Positions 14,284 to 29,240 are shown, counted from the stretch's first letter. The stretch: DNA of 64,000 nt from the human T2T-CHM13v2.0 reference genome, Homo sapiens (GCF_009914755.1 NC_060931.1); one strand, 5' to 3'. Notes: generated by a model not told the origin, from the letters alone. Numbers and translations are program-made.

Positions 14284-16568
14284 TCAGTTTGCCAGTATTT
14301 TATTGAGGATTTTTGCATCGTTGTTCATCACGGATATTGGTCTAAATTTCTCTTTTTTTGTTGTATCTCTGCCAGGCTTTGGTATCAGGATGATGCTGGC
14401 CTCATAAAATGAGTTAGAGAGGATTCCCTCATTTTCTATTGATTGGAATAGTTTCAGAAGGAATGGTACCAGCTCCTCTTTGTACCTCTGGTAGAATTCG
14501 GCTGTGAATCGGTCTGGTCCTGGATTTTTTTTGGTTGGTAAGCTATTAATTATTGCCTCAATTTCAGACTCTGTTATTGGTCTATTCAGGGATTCAACTT
14601 CTTCCTGCTTTAGCCTTGGGAGGGTGTATGTGTTCAAGAATTTATCCATTCCTTCTAGTTTTGTAGTTTATTTGAGTAGAGGTGTTCATAGTATTCTCTG
14701 ATGGTAGTTTGTATTTCTGTGGGATCGCTGGTGATATCCCCTTTATCATTTTTTATTGCTTCTATTTGATTCTTCTCTCTTTTCTTCTTTATTAGTCTTG
14801 CTAGTGGTCTATCTATTTTGTTGATCTTTTCAAAAAACCAGCTCCTGGATTCATTGATTTTTTGAAGGGATTTTTGTGTCTCTATCTCCTTCAGTTCTGC
14901 TCTGATCTTAATTATTTCTTGCCTTCTGCTAGCTTTTGAATGTGTTTGCTCAAGCTTCTCCAGTTCTTTTAATTGTGATGTTAGGGTGTCAATCTTAGAT
15001 CTTTCCTGCTTTCTCTTGTGGGCATTTAGTGCTATAAATTTCCCTCTACACACTGCTTTAAATGTGTCCCAGATATTCTGGCATGCGGTGTCTTTGTTCT
15101 CATTGATTTCAAAGAACATCTGTATTTCTGCCTTCATTTTGTTATTCACCCAGCAGTCATTCAGGAGCAGGTTGTTCAGTTTCCATGTAGTTGTACAGTT
15201 TTGAATGGGTTTCTTAATCCTGAGTTCTAATTTGATTGCACTGTGGTCTGAGAGACAGACTGTTACGATTTCTGTTCTTTTACATTTGCTGAGGAGTACT
15301 TTACTTCCAACTATATGGTCAATTTTGGAATAAGTGTGATGTGGTGCTGAAAAGGATGTATATTCTGTTGATTTGGGGTGGAGAGTTCTGTAGATGTCTA
15401 TTAGGTCCGCTTGGTGCAGAGATGAGTTCAAGTTAGGCAATACCATTCAGGACATAGGCATGGGCAAAGACTTCATGACTAAAACACCAAAGCAATGGCA
15501 ACGAAAGCCAAAATTGACAAACGGGATCTAATTAAACTAAAGAGCTTCTGCACAGCAAAAGAAACTACCATCAGAGTGAACAGGCAACCTACAGAACGGG
15601 AGAAAATTTTTGCAATCTACCCATCTGACAAAGAGCTAATATCCGGACTCTACCAAGAAGTTAAACAAATTTACAAGAAAAAAACAAACAACCCCATCAA
15701 AAAGTGGGCAAAGGATAGGTACAGACACTTCTCAAAAGAAGATATTTATGCAGCCAACAGACACATGAAAAAATGCTCATCATCACCGGCCATCAGAGAA
15801 ATGCAAATCAAAACCACAATGAGATACCATCTCACAGCAGTTAGAATGGCGATCATTAAAAAGTCAGGAAACAACAGATGCCGGAGAGGATGTGGAGAAA
15901 TAGGAACACTTTTACATTGTTGGTGGGACTGTAAACTAGTTCAACCATTGTGGAAGACAGTGTGGCAATTCCTCAAGGATCTAGAACCAGAAATACCATT
16001 TAACCCAGAGATCCCATTACTGGGTATATACCCAAAAGATTATAAATCATGCTACTATAAAGACGCATGCACACCTATGTTTATTGCGGCACTATTCACA
16101 ATAGCAAAGACCTGGAACCAACCCAAATGCCCATCAACGATAGACTGGATTAAGAAAATGTGGCACATATACACCATGGAATACTATGCAGCCATAAAAA
16201 ACGATGAGTTCATGTCCTTTGTAGGGACATGGATGAAGCTGGAAACCATCATTCTGAGCAAACTATTGCAAGGACAGAAAACCAAATACTGCATGTTCTC
16301 ACTCATAGGTGGGAATTGAACAATGAGAACACTTGGACACAGGGTGGGGAACATCAAACATGGGGGCCTGTAGTGGGGTGAGGGGAGTGGGCAGGGACAG
16401 CATTAGGAGAAATACCTAATGTAAACGACGAGTTACTGGTTACAGCATACCAACATGGCACATGTGTACCTATGTAACAAACCTGCACATTGTGCACAGG
16501 TACCCTAGATCTTAAAGTATAAGAAAGAAAGAAAGACAGACACACAGAAAGAAAGAAAGAAAGAAGGA

Positions 16569-16620
<52 letters not shown>

Positions 16621-16645
16621 GAAAGAAGAAAGAAAGAAAGAAAGA
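14284..16645 (+). mobile_element. Nested younger L1 (L1PA5/6-like) with 5' inversion
   Basis: 14284-15433 is antisense ORF2; 15434-16522 is sense ORF2 3' end plus 3'UTR; duplicated host sequence GCACAAGA at 14275-14282 and 16651-16658. Confidence 0.92.
16521..16645 (+). repeat. (GAAA)n microsatellite derived from the nested L1 poly(A) tail
   Basis: Directly follows cttaaagtataa, the L1 3' end. Confidence 0.93.
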
Positions 16646-18814
16646 GGCAGGCACAAGATAAGGATGCCCCCTCTCACCACTCCTATTCAACATAGTATTG
16701 GAAGTTCTGGCCAGGGCAATCAGGCAAGAGAAAGAAATAAAGGGTATTCAATTAGGAAAAGAGGAAGTCAAATTGCCTCTGTTTGCAGATGACATGATTG
16801 TATATTTAGAAAACCCCATCATGTCAGCCCCAAATCTCCTTAAGCTGATAAGCAACTTCAGCAAAGTCTCAGGATACAAAATCAACGTGCAAAAATCACA
16901 AGCATTCCTATATACCAATATCAGACAAATAGAGAGCCAAATCATGAGTGAACTCCCATTCACAATTGCTACAAAGAGAATAAAATACCTAGGAATCCAA
17001 CTTTCAAGGAATGTGAAAGAGCTCTTCAAGGAGAACTACAAACCACTGCTCAAGGAAATAAAAGAGGACACAAACGATTGGAAGAACATTCCATGCTCAT
17101 GGATAGGAAGAGTCAACATTGTGAAAATGGCCATGCTGCCCAAAGTAATTTATAGATTCAGTGCTATCCCCATCAAGTTACCAATGACTTTCTTCACAGA
17201 ATTGGAAAAAACTACTTTAAAGTTCATATGGAACCAAAAAAGAGCCTGCATTGCCAAGACAATCCTAAGCAAAAAGAACAAAGCTGGAGGCATCACGCTA
17301 CCTGACTTCAAACTATACTGCAAGGCTACAGTAACCAAAACAGCATGGTACTGGGTACCAAAACAGATATATAGACCAATGGAACAGAACAGAGACCTCA
17401 GAAATAATACCACACATCTACAACCATCTGATCTTTCACAAACCCGACAAAAACAAGCAACGAGGAAAGGATTCCCTATTTAATAAGTGGTGCTGGGAAA
17501 ACTGGCTAGCCATAAGCAGAAAGCTGAAACTGGATCCCTTCCTTATGCCTTATACAAAAATTAACTCAAGATCAATTAAAGACTTAAACATAAGACCTAA
17601 AACCATAAAAACCCTAGAAGAAAACCTAAGCAATACCATTCAGGACATAAAGATGGGCAAAGTCTTCATGACTAAAACACCAAAAGCAATGGCAACAAAA
17701 GCCAAAATTGACAAATGGGATCTAATTAAACTGAAGTGCTTCTGCAAAGCAAAAGAAACTACCATCAGAGTGAACAGGCAACCTACAGTATGGGAGAAAA
17801 TGTTTGCAATCTATCTATCTGACAAAGGTCGAATATCCAGAATCCACAAGGAACTTAAACAAATTTACAAGAAAAAATCAAACAACCCCATAAAAAATGG
17901 GTGAAAGATATGAACAGACAGTTCTCAAAAGAAGACACTTATGTAGCCAAGAAACATGAAAACATGCTCATCATCACTGGAAATGCATATCAAAACCACA
18001 ATGAGATACCATCTCACACCAGTTAGAATGGCAATCATTAAAAAGTCAAGAAACAACAGATGCTGGAGAGGATGTGGAGAAATATGAACGCTTTTACACT
18101 GTTGGTGACATTGTGGAAGACAGTGTGGCAATTCCTCAAGAATCTAGAACCAGAAATACCATTAGACCCAGCAATCCCATTACTGGGTATACACCCAAAG
18201 GATTATAAATCATTCTACAATAAAGACACATGCACACGTATGTTTACTGCAGCTCTGTTCACAATAGCAAAGTCTTGGAACCAACCCAAATGCCCATCAG
18301 TGATAGACTGGATAAAGAAAATATGGCACATACACACCATGGAATACTATGCAGCCATAAAAAAGGATGCATTCATGTCCTTTGCAGGGACATAGATGAA
18401 ACTAGAAACCATCATTCTCAGCAATCTAACACAAGAACAGAAAACCAAACACCACATGTTCTCACTCATAAGTGGTAGCTGAACAATGAGAACACATGGA
18501 CACAAGGAGGGGAACATCACACACTGGGGCTTGTTGGGGAGTGGGGGGCTGGGAGAGGGATAGCATTAGGAGAAATACCTAATGTAAATGACAAGTTGAT
18601 GGGTGTAGCATACCAGCATGCACATGTATACCTATGTAATAAACCTGCACATTGTGCACATGTACCCCAGAACTTAAAGTATAATTTTAAAAAAATGTTG
18701 GGAAATACATGGCTGAAGCTTAGGAATCAGATTAGAGCTGTGGAAGTTAATTTGGAGTCATCTCATCCAAAGACAAAAAAAGAGGACCATACTATTAAAC
18801 AGAACTAACTTCAC

Positions 18815-19005
18815 ATGCCTGATCAGGGCCTAGCAGTGTGCTAGAAACTACATTTTGCATTCATTCACTTTCATCCTTATAACAACTTAAGAAGTAGAGT
18901 TATTAGCCTTGTTTCTACGTCGAGGAAACCAAACCTCAGAACAATTAAGTAACAAGACCAAGAAACAAGTGTTCTGAGTTCAAAGCCTTTGTTATTTTCA
19001 CTACA
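18815..19005 (-). mobile_element. MIR
   Basis: gaggaaac...ctcagaacaattaagtaac antisense core. Confidence 0.6.
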
Positions 19006-20094
19006 TTGGACGGCCTCATCACCATATCTGGGAACACGGAAAAATGAAATTTCTAAGCAAGTAAATGTGGAGAGAGGAATAAAAGGCCAAACACAGAACT
19101 TTGAACTTATCTCTATCCTACAGAGCCTCAGAGGCTTCCAACATTGGATATATTCCATATTGTTTCTAAAAATCTCAATGAAAGCTTGTGTTCTATGAAG
19201 ATCAATTACATAAGAAGCTTGGGTTTCAAAACCAGATGCAACCATGAAAGTTATCTTTATGGTATATGACCAAATAAAGAGGCCACTGAATTAATTAAAT
19301 CTCCCATAGTTGCTAATTTGTTACTACTTGCATTACTCAGTCAAGAGTTATTTATATTGCAAATTATCTTTATTCTTTATTACTAATCCTACCTGACAAG
19401 AATTAAATTCCCACAGTATGGGATGGGCCTGAGCTTTAGGAACTTCGAAGCTGCTAGGCACTTCTGAGAATTTACGGTCTGGAACCCCTTCACACAGCAA
19501 AATGCTACCAACTATACATTCTGCTCCTCGGCCAATTTAGAGGGGTTGGGCTCTGATTTTGTTCCTTCCTGAGTTTACTCTCTGATAGTCCCCTCTGCTA
19601 TATAGTTTAATGGGCTAATCAAATAAATTCTGCATTAAATGTATACTTTTAGATTTTCATGGAAAAATCTCCCAAAATTTTTCATAGGCCATTCTTCTAG
19701 GAATTCTCTTTAATTCGTGTTCTACTTTTGCTTTCGGTGGAACAGAGAAAATGAAACAACCCAAGAATCAGCTTTCTTCCACGAGGTTTTTTCCTCACAT
19801 TAACATCTGGAATGCTTCCCTAATGGTATTCTGATAATATATTAAATAAAGCTGTTTTACTTATCCAAACAACCAGTTGACTTAAACCGAATACTTTGCC
19901 ATTTTAGTGAAGGAAAAAAATATGAAATTGGTTGCTGGGTTGAAAAAGATTTCCAAACCTGTCAGTTCAACCAAATGATTGCAATAATAAAGGCATTCAG
20001 TCATAGAAGTCATAGCTAGAGAGTAAGCAGAGGAATCCACAAACAAGAGTTTCTTTTGAGTATGGGTCAATGCTCTCAATTGGATGAGTTTTTA

Positions 20095-20256
<162 letters not shown>

Positions 20257-20678
20257 CTAAAAGACCAGAAAAATAAAAGGATATGAGAAGACGTTTTTAA
20301 ATGACTTAAAACTTATTTCAAGGAATAAATGGAGAGATTCTGCATAACATTCAAAATATTTATCAAACTTAGTTTTTAATTTAGAAACAATTTTAAAGGA
20401 TATCCATAAAGTTATACATGTCAAATTTTTATCTACTAATTGAGTCAAACCTGCCTCTTATTACCTACTTTGGACCAGGTACAAACAAAATTGAAAATAT
20501 TGTCCAAAATACCACTCTTCTCATTATGGGAATTAGCTTGTTGAAAGTATTATTTCTCTTTCAAAGATAAAATCTCCAAAAACGTGGAGAAGAACTCATC
20601 ATAATATCATATATAAATATTTAAGAATCAAATTAGTTCTCTTCCACATTTGTTCATATCCTTAAGTGCCTTCAATCA

Positions 20679-20786
<108 letters not shown>

Positions 20787-21954
20787 CTAGTAGGAAAAAA
20801 CAGAAATGAATTCACAAATTAGATAGACCAAACATAAACATCTTTGTTACAAAGGAACACATAATTGCTAGAAGGCCCATAAAGCCAAGGACCATATATT
20901 TTTTAAAAAAATGAATACATGCTGAAGTTCATCAGGCTATCAAGAAATAGTCATTTGAACTAGGCTATGAATAATGCATATTTTAGCAAACAAGGATATA
21001 GAAAATTGTTTCACATAGGAAAAAAATATGGACATAAACAGAATATATTCTGGAACAGGCTAGTAGTCTGGTTTATCTTATACAAATAAATATTGAAGAG
21101 CATGTTGAAGGACTAAAAGAGAAAGGGTGCAGTGATGATTGCAGGTATCTGGAAGCACATAACACAGTTTTAATACAGGGAATAGACTTCACTAAACCTG
21201 AAATAACTAGAAATGGGGAAAGCAGTAAGAAATCATCACAACAATATAAGTGAGAGAGAATTAAGACTTAAACTACACAAACTATTCCTAAAACTGTCGG
21301 GAACTTACTTCTACTACTATAAGTAGTCCGAGATTAGATTAGATTTAGAGAAGAACACATATTATGCAAACTTTCCTAGTAAGATTTTTTATTCCATATA
21401 GTTTAATATTCTAATTAGCTTCTTTTAAGATTTTTCTATCATCACAATATAAACAAAAACTTAAGAATTACTAGACAAGGGATCTGTGATATCTTTGCTA
21501 TAATAATTCCACAGGAAATCACATTTCAGTGATTCTTACTGGTATTACATTTAGAATGCTTTACATTTCATAGTTCTAAAAATAATACAGTGCTGTTCCT
21601 TGGTGAAACATCAAACTCTGTAACTCTGTACATTATCTATTTAGTAGCTTAATTTGCTATAATTTTGACAAAATACTGGAGAATGAGAAAGGAAAGTTTT
21701 CAAGGTCTTAGCTTTACTCTAGAAATTAGTTGGCTATTAAATTTTAAAAATTTTAGTTCAGTTTAAAATTCATATTGAGCATAAAGCTCAAAGATTTTTA
21801 AGAAAAAAGCCAAAAAGTCCATAGTCATCAACAATATATTAACACCACAATAAAAAAAGAAACCAGTATCCATTCTGCGATAGTAAGTTTGATCAAGTGG
21901 TAACATCTAGATATTACAGGGAGACAATTTTTCAAAAGTCCTTCATGTATTCAA

Positions 21955-22422
21955 ACATTTTCAAAGGCATTAACAGCTAACTTGTTCCATACTTTCTTTG
22001 CAAGGATGTTTGTACAAATTGCAGAGATAGAGATATTTCTTCCTAGAACAGATTTATTTTCCAGTAAGATGGGGACATCTCTCTCTCTCTGGATTAGGCT
22101 TACTTGGCATTCCAGAGTTATCTCTTGAGGAGCAGATGGGCTGATTTGCCTGTATAAGGCCAGGGTTTCCTACTATCAAGGTTCTTTTTAAAGAACTCTA
22201 CTGCCCAGCAACAACTAACTCTAATTGCATCTCTCCATGGAAATTGGAATTCAGAAAAAAACCGAGTGCTACATTTTTGTTCTTGCTACTGCTGTGGTTA
22301 TAAATGGTCTTTTCTCTGACTCTGTAGTCTCAGATCTTCCACCAATATCTATGATACTGTGTCAGGCTGACTTATTTGCATGCAAGTAAGGTATAGTCTC
22401 ACATCCTGCCAAGTTTCTGACT
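21955..22422 (+). mobile_element. ERVL-type LTR (MER76-like)
   Basis: ttctttgcaaggatgtttgta...tctctgactctgtagtctc...caggctgacttatttgcatgcaagtaaggta resembles the recalled MER76 consensus. Confidence 0.55.
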
Positions 22423-23599
22423 TCACAGATATGAAATAAGGCAACCATATCACCAGATCTTAACTTCAACAAAGATGCACAAGTGAATTCTGAACTCAGA
22501 AAAAAAAAAAATCTTACTTTAAAATTTCCTTCTGCATGTAGAGAATGAAAACATGAGAGATATTCTGATTCAGTTTTTTTGAAGTATTAAAATAAATTTC
22601 TTTAGGACAGAGCTTAGGATCTTTGAGGACAGAAACATTCATGTTTTTACCACTAGCAAATGTTTAATAATTTTAAAAACAAAAACAAAACTTTGCCACC
22701 AGTTTTTTAAAGAAAAATATCTTGTGTCAAGAAAATAGTGTATGTTCTTAAAATGAACAATGTGGGAAAGTTCTTTAAAAATAAAAACTCACCAAAAAAT
22801 ACTACATATAAATAATTACTCTGAAAGGTAAGTATCATTCCAACAATTCTCTATGAATAATATATGTAGTAACCAGGAAAGACAAATGAAGTATTAAAAG
22901 TACGAATGTTGCATTACAATAGAATAATATGCATGTCATTTTAAATTATGTAATTTTAGTGAATGAAAACCAAATGTAGTAAAACCAAAAGTGTTGCTAA
23001 ATTTTAGATAATTCATTTCCAGGAAGTTTAATTTCTAAAGGTTAAGAAGAGGTGCCTTGAGCAGGATAAAGACACTGCACTCTTAATGACAACTCACTTC
23101 TTTTTGTAAGTCAGTATTCACTGACTTCCTTCTGTGAGAGAAGGAGATAGCACATTTTAAGTTCTACCCATAGTCTAGGTCTGGTCAATCATGCTGTTTT
23201 AAATCTAAAACGTTTATTAGATTCTTATTCTATTTTGTGGCCATAATTAACATTAGACATTATCTACCTTCAAGGAAAGTGACTTAACAAAATTTTCCCC
23301 AATTCTAAATTTTTCATTTTAATTCACATTATTAGATGAATATGGGCAAGTAGTTGGTTGTTTTGGAGCAATTTTTTTTTTTTAAGAAAAGCCGTAACAT
23401 TTTTAGGTTCCTTGAGTTTTTGCTTAAGAATAGTTTATCTAGGAATAAAAATTTGGTTCATACTTTCCCTCACAGATCTGCAATCACTGTGCCACTATTT
23501 TTAATTGTTACATGTTTTCCTTCTGCTTCTTATATTCCATTTGTCATTCAGCCATTTTCCATTCATTTTCTTGGATTTCAATGTCAAGCAGTTTCCCCC

Positions 23600-24300
23600 A
23601 CCTACCCCGCCATTGCCCTTCCAAGTACGCATAGTTGTTACATTTGAGGTTTTTTTCTTTTATCTTTATTACCAGAGGAAAATTTGGCTCGTGGTGATAG
23701 TCTTGGATATCACCTTCATCCCCTCGGATGTTTGTAGATAATCCTCCATTATATTTGGAATGAATACTGTAGATATATGAGGTTGGACTATCCTACGTTT
23801 TGCTTGTTTATGGGTTTTGCATCTTGATGTCTTCCTGAAGTATTCTTCATGGGGAATTTCCAAATCAACCACAGTAAGTTTTATTACGAATTGTTATTTC
23901 TCAACTTTTCCTGAAAATATGCCCTTTTAGATCAAATAGAATTAGTTCAAGGAAACTTTCTTTTAGCTTTCTGAAGAATTTATTTATTTTTCTACTTGAT
24001 ATATGAAAAGTGTCCACACATTGGCTGCCTTAGTCATCTAAACACCTACTCTACTTTAGCTACCATTTTTTTAAATTGGAATATGCTGCAATTATCTTGA
24101 CTTTTCTCCCCTCAGTTATCTGACTTGCTGTATTGTTTCTCTAAGCGACTAGTTCTTTAATAGCGCTGCTTTCATAATAATTTTGTTTCCTATTCAATCA
24201 CTGTTAATCTCTTACAATGTTGTGTTTTCAATTTCTAACCTTGAATTCAGATTCTCACTGAGTTCTTCTACAGAACAAAAAGGTATAATTTGGGAGAAGG
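23600..24300 (-). mobile_element. Ancient HAL1/L1M ORF1-like fragment
   Basis: T-rich degenerate antisense L1 ORF1-like texture; boundaries approximate. Confidence 0.35.
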
Positions 24301-25206
24301 AAGAGGTCTCAGGTTTTATCCAGGTTTACTTCTTATGTGCATTATAATTTTTTAAGTACAAATTGTACTTTTCCTGGTTATTTTCTATGAATTAGAGTGT
24401 TAAAACAAAATCAGACACTGATAGTTTTCTCTGTCTCTATGAGATGCCACAGAAAATTGAGATATTTTCTACTTTTAAAGGATTCTCCTTGGCTCTCACA
24501 CTTCAGCTTCTCAATCTGCTTCTAAGTTAAAAATAAAAGAATTATCTTAATGAATCAACTTTTGCCCCCATTACAAGGTCTGGGAGATCCACGGGCAGGG
24601 TTTAGAAGACATCAGCCAGATTATCATCTGCACTTACTTTCTTGACTGTTACTTTTAAAAATGTATGCATTAAGTGGGGCCCCTCATGTTTGTTTGGCTA
24701 CTGTTAATTTTGCTTATTTTCTATTGTTTTTAAAGCAATGGAGAAGGAAGATTTTATGAATGATCTTTATCATATTTACCTGGCTGTCACTACTATTTTT
24801 AAGTACTTTAAGGAATTATTTTATTTTTATATTGTACATCTTTAGACAAAAGGCAAGTATTCCCTAACCATTAAGAGTATTTTAAGTATTCCTAGAAGAG
24901 CTTCATTTTTCTCATTAAAAACATGTAACTTTATATACATATTACATGTCTGTGTGTGTAACTCCCATTAGATTAAATCTAAAATAGTGACTTTGACATT
25001 AAAGCCCTTCATAGTCTACTTATATTCTACCTATTCAAATCCTAGCCACCCATTCCACTCTTCAACACAAATATTCTTAAACTCTAAAGAAATTTTTCTC
25101 TATTGTCACAAATACTGGGCTCATTCATACCTATGACAACTTCGGCTCATATTGACTTCAATATCTACTTGCTTCTTCAAAGCTATTATGTATTTCTTAA
25201 ACTTTA

Positions 25207-25545
<339 letters not shown>

Positions 25546-26629
25546 AGAATGTACAATATAGATATATGGAAAGCACAATGCCCAGCCACATAGTGTTATT
25601 GTAATTGTAATTAAAATATATTTGTTCAGTTACATGATACATTTAAAACTGCACTTAAAGTCATTCTTTAGCTAATGCCCATAAACTAAGACAGAAATGC
25701 ATACACAATATTTACATAAAAGTTATCAAATATTAGTATTTTTGTACTCTTGAAAAACCAAACTGCAATTTTTTTTCTTCTTGAAATTGAGACTCTTAAT
25801 AATTGTTTCCAGCTCAGTGTAATTCTTTTAGTCATACTGCTTTCCTCCCAACCAGAAAACAATCAGTATTTTCCATGCTTGAGTAAAGAAACTTAGATTT
25901 TACCTAAATATAGCAAAGGTATCTGTGACACTTTTAATCAACAAAGACCACAATAGACAACGCTATTAGGTTGTTTATATAAAAAAAAAAGTCCTAAGCA
26001 TCATCATATGCTGTCATTCCTGATGTTTCCACACTCAAACACAACAAATGAAACAATCTGCTGGCTAGAGTTTCTTCTGTAAATATTTTGGTTCAAAGGA
26101 CATTTAAACAAAATTTAAAACAACTTCCAATGTGTTCAGTAAATTAAAGTACGACAACAAAAAATCAAACTTTCCTTACATCATAACAAATAAGAGTTTA
26201 GGAAAGATTTACCGTAAACTAAATGCAAACAACTGTGTATTCACAATATTAATACTATATAAAGCATGGATATTAGGAATAAAGATGGATTGTCAAAAAA
26301 GTTTTCATCTCAAAAAGCATTAAGGCCTAACTAAGGCTGAAAGGTTTTGGTTCAATTCCCATGAGTCAGAAGTTCAAATATGTGTTTCTGAAAAGTCAAT
26401 CATCTTTTTACAGAAAACGTTGGCTGGGTCATCTCTGAGTCTGAATCTTCCAACTTCTAGCCTCTCTACCATTCAAACAATGGCACAAGTGACTTGTAGA
26501 GAGATGTATTTTCTTTCCACTCTGTGAACATGCCAACAATTATCCCTTTTTGCCTTTCTAGCATTCAGCATTTACTATTTCTTAGAATAAGCTTTTAAGC
26601 TTTTCTGTTTGTATGTGTGTGCATGTGTG

Positions 26630-26802
26630 TACTAAAGAGCATGGACTCTGGTACCCAGATCCCTGGGTTTGAATCTATCTCCAGAACGTCGTTGCTCTGT
26701 GACTTTGGGCAAGTTACATAAGTCCTGTGGCTCAGTTTACTCCTCAGTAAAATGAGTACATCATAGAATTTATATGAGGATTGGCTAAGCTAATATGTGA
26801 AG
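26630..26802 (+). mobile_element. MIR
   Basis: ctgggtttgaatc...tgtgactttgggcaagttac...ctcagttt core. Confidence 0.75.
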
Positions 26803-27504
26803 GGTAAGAGTTAACTTTTCCAAGATGTCTTCTCTATAGCTTGTCCTCGTAGAAGGCTTTAAGGAAGTCAATCCTGGTAGAGTTGTAAGCTAATAAATAA
26901 ATTGGGTTACCAGTCGGCTAGGTTATATAAGCTACAGGCTGCTAACCATGAATGGTAAGCTGGTGGATCATAACAGTGGCCTTCCACTTCATGACCTGCC
27001 ACCATAGGACTTAAACCCTAGCTAGCTGGTCATACTAAAGCAGGTTTGATACTCTCCCAATCCTAGATGCTGGGTAGGCAGAATAGTACTATAACCAAGG
27101 TTCTGAGACATTGCACTGCTATTGGATCCCTATCTCTTATCACACAAGGAAAAGGACTGGTGCTTCCCTCACTATGCAACTTAAAAGTCACAGCACAAAG
27201 ACTGGAGTCTAACATTCAGCCCGGAAGATCCATTTGCAGTGCTACATAGTGCAGTGGACACTGCCTCTGTCTGAGTCCAAGGACATTTCCCAACAACTAC
27301 TGTTCTAGGAAGTCTGAAGTCTAATGTGTGTACTGTCAAGTCATTCATCTTTGAATATATGTAAAGACCCAGTAGCATTCATGTTTTGGGTCACCTAATG
27401 CACACTGCTATATTAAATGCTTGCTGTTATAACTCTACTCACTTCTTAACTTCCACTTTTAGAGGACCCTTTAAAACATATCTCCATTATCCCTTTACAT
27501 TTAA

Positions 27505-27750
27505 TACATTTATTGAGGCTTTATAACTTGCCAGAATCTACGCTAAATACTTTCAACAATTATCTTGTTAAAACTGCATAGTACACCTATGCACGGGCAG
27601 GTATTATCATCATCCTCATGTTATAGATAATGCAGTACAGGCACAAAAGTTTGCATAATCTAAGATTACACAGCCAGTAAGGGGCTAGCACTCAGACTCA
27701 GGTCTGTTGGAACTCCCAGGTCCACATACATAACCTCTAAAGCACACTGG
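27505..27750 (-). mobile_element. MIR
   Basis: catttattgag...attatcatcatcctcatgttatagat antisense MIR. Confidence 0.6.
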
Positions 27751-28225
27751 ACATCAGTGTTACTCTAGGTACTATTACCTTGTCACAGACATCACAACAC
27801 CCTTACCCAGAGAGGAGTAATTCTACATGTCCCAAAGTCAACTCCGGGGGAAGGGGTGTCGGGGAGGAACATGTATTCTGGAGGAAGTCAGTTAAGTACT
27901 AACAATCTTAATTGCCAGTATACACATTCCCTTAACTGTGATGTTTCTGGATCCTGGATAGTGTAGAAAGTATTTAAGAAGTGTCCTCCAATTTCAATCT
28001 TCAGATTTGATATCAAAGTAATGTCAAGTGCTTCTGACCCACTGCATTAAACGTGTGCTGAGCAGTTGGTGGTAGAAGACATTATTGTGGTAAGTCTTCC
28101 TTTGTGCATCCGTCTCTCACTGTTAAAACTCATGTTGAAAGCCAACTATTGTTCTAATGCAACACTACAAGGACCATGGAATGGAAAATGACAAGCTCTA
28201 AATTTAACAAACCTTGAGCACCTGA

Positions 28226-28557
<332 letters not shown>

Positions 28558-28939
28558 CCGTTTTATTATGCATCCAAAGTTGGATAGTATCAACACAAAT
28601 TGTAAAGCTGCAAAATACCACCCTGCTTTTCTTTCTGTCGAGCTTTCATGACAGATTATACTATAACTAAAAGACAGTGTGTAGTAGATGGGAAACGACT
28701 GGCATTAACTCATATATCATGTTTGGCAGGCATGTTCTGTAACTATTAGTGGAAATCACTAATGATATGTGAAAAAGATATAAACAGTAATATGATCCCT
28801 TTATATTTATTAGTAATGCATAAAACATTTGCAAGCTGAGAACTGGCAAGTTAAAACGAACAAATCCTATCTGTCTTAATTAAAAATAAAACAAGGTCAC
28901 AAAGAACAGAGTATCTTAGCCATTGATGGATTAATATAA

Positions 28940-29060
28940 TTTCATTCATTTGACCAATATTTATTGATAGCTACAAGCCAGACACTAAATTGTATACTGA
29001 GACCATGTCAATGACTAGACAGGTTTCTGCCCTTAAGAAGTTTATAGCCTAATGGGAAAA
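28940..29060 (-). mobile_element. L2 3' end
   Basis: ttcattcatt...atatttattga...ctgcccttaagaagtttatagcctaatggg. Confidence 0.6.
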
Positions 29061-29077
29061 CAAAATAAATTTTAGAT

Positions 29078-29240
29078 GTGTATTTCTCGAATTTCAATGT
29101 CTATGGGAATTTCTGAGAATCCTGTTATAAATGCAGATTTTAATTCTTTTAGATTTGGGGTAAAGCTAAGAATAAACATTTCTAAGAAGCTTACAGTTGA
29201 TACTGATATAACTGATGCCTGGATCACACTTTGAGCCAGC
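29078..29240. mobile_element. MER5-type hAT MITE
   Basis: aaatgcagatt...catttctaa...gatactgat...cacactttgag. Confidence 0.6.

Larger units (their letters stand above)
12634..18482 (+). pseudogene. Host L1 ORF2p remnant (endonuclease/reverse transcriptase)
   Basis: Start codon appears as ACG; EN motifs GDFNTPL and SDH; RT motif [10 protein letters not shown]; stops, frameshifts, a ~325-bp deletion and the nested insertion. Confidence 0.92.
10372..18691 (+). mobile_element. Full-length LINE-1 (L1PA7-like), inactivated, interrupted by a nested L1
   Basis: 5'UTR caagatggctgaataggaacagctcc, ORF1, ORF2 and 3'UTR all present; 16-bp TSD AAAAT(A/G)TTGGGAAATA at 10356-10371 and 18692-18707. Confidence 0.95.

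Noticed and set aside
16354-16693. F/L/S-rich membrane-like ORFs
   Set aside because: Translation of the (TTTC)n microsatellite
11429-18478. Long ORFs as an active retrotransposon or novel RT system
   Set aside because: Ordinary L1 ORF1/ORF2 pieces broken by stops, frameshifts, a deletion and an insertion; not autonomous
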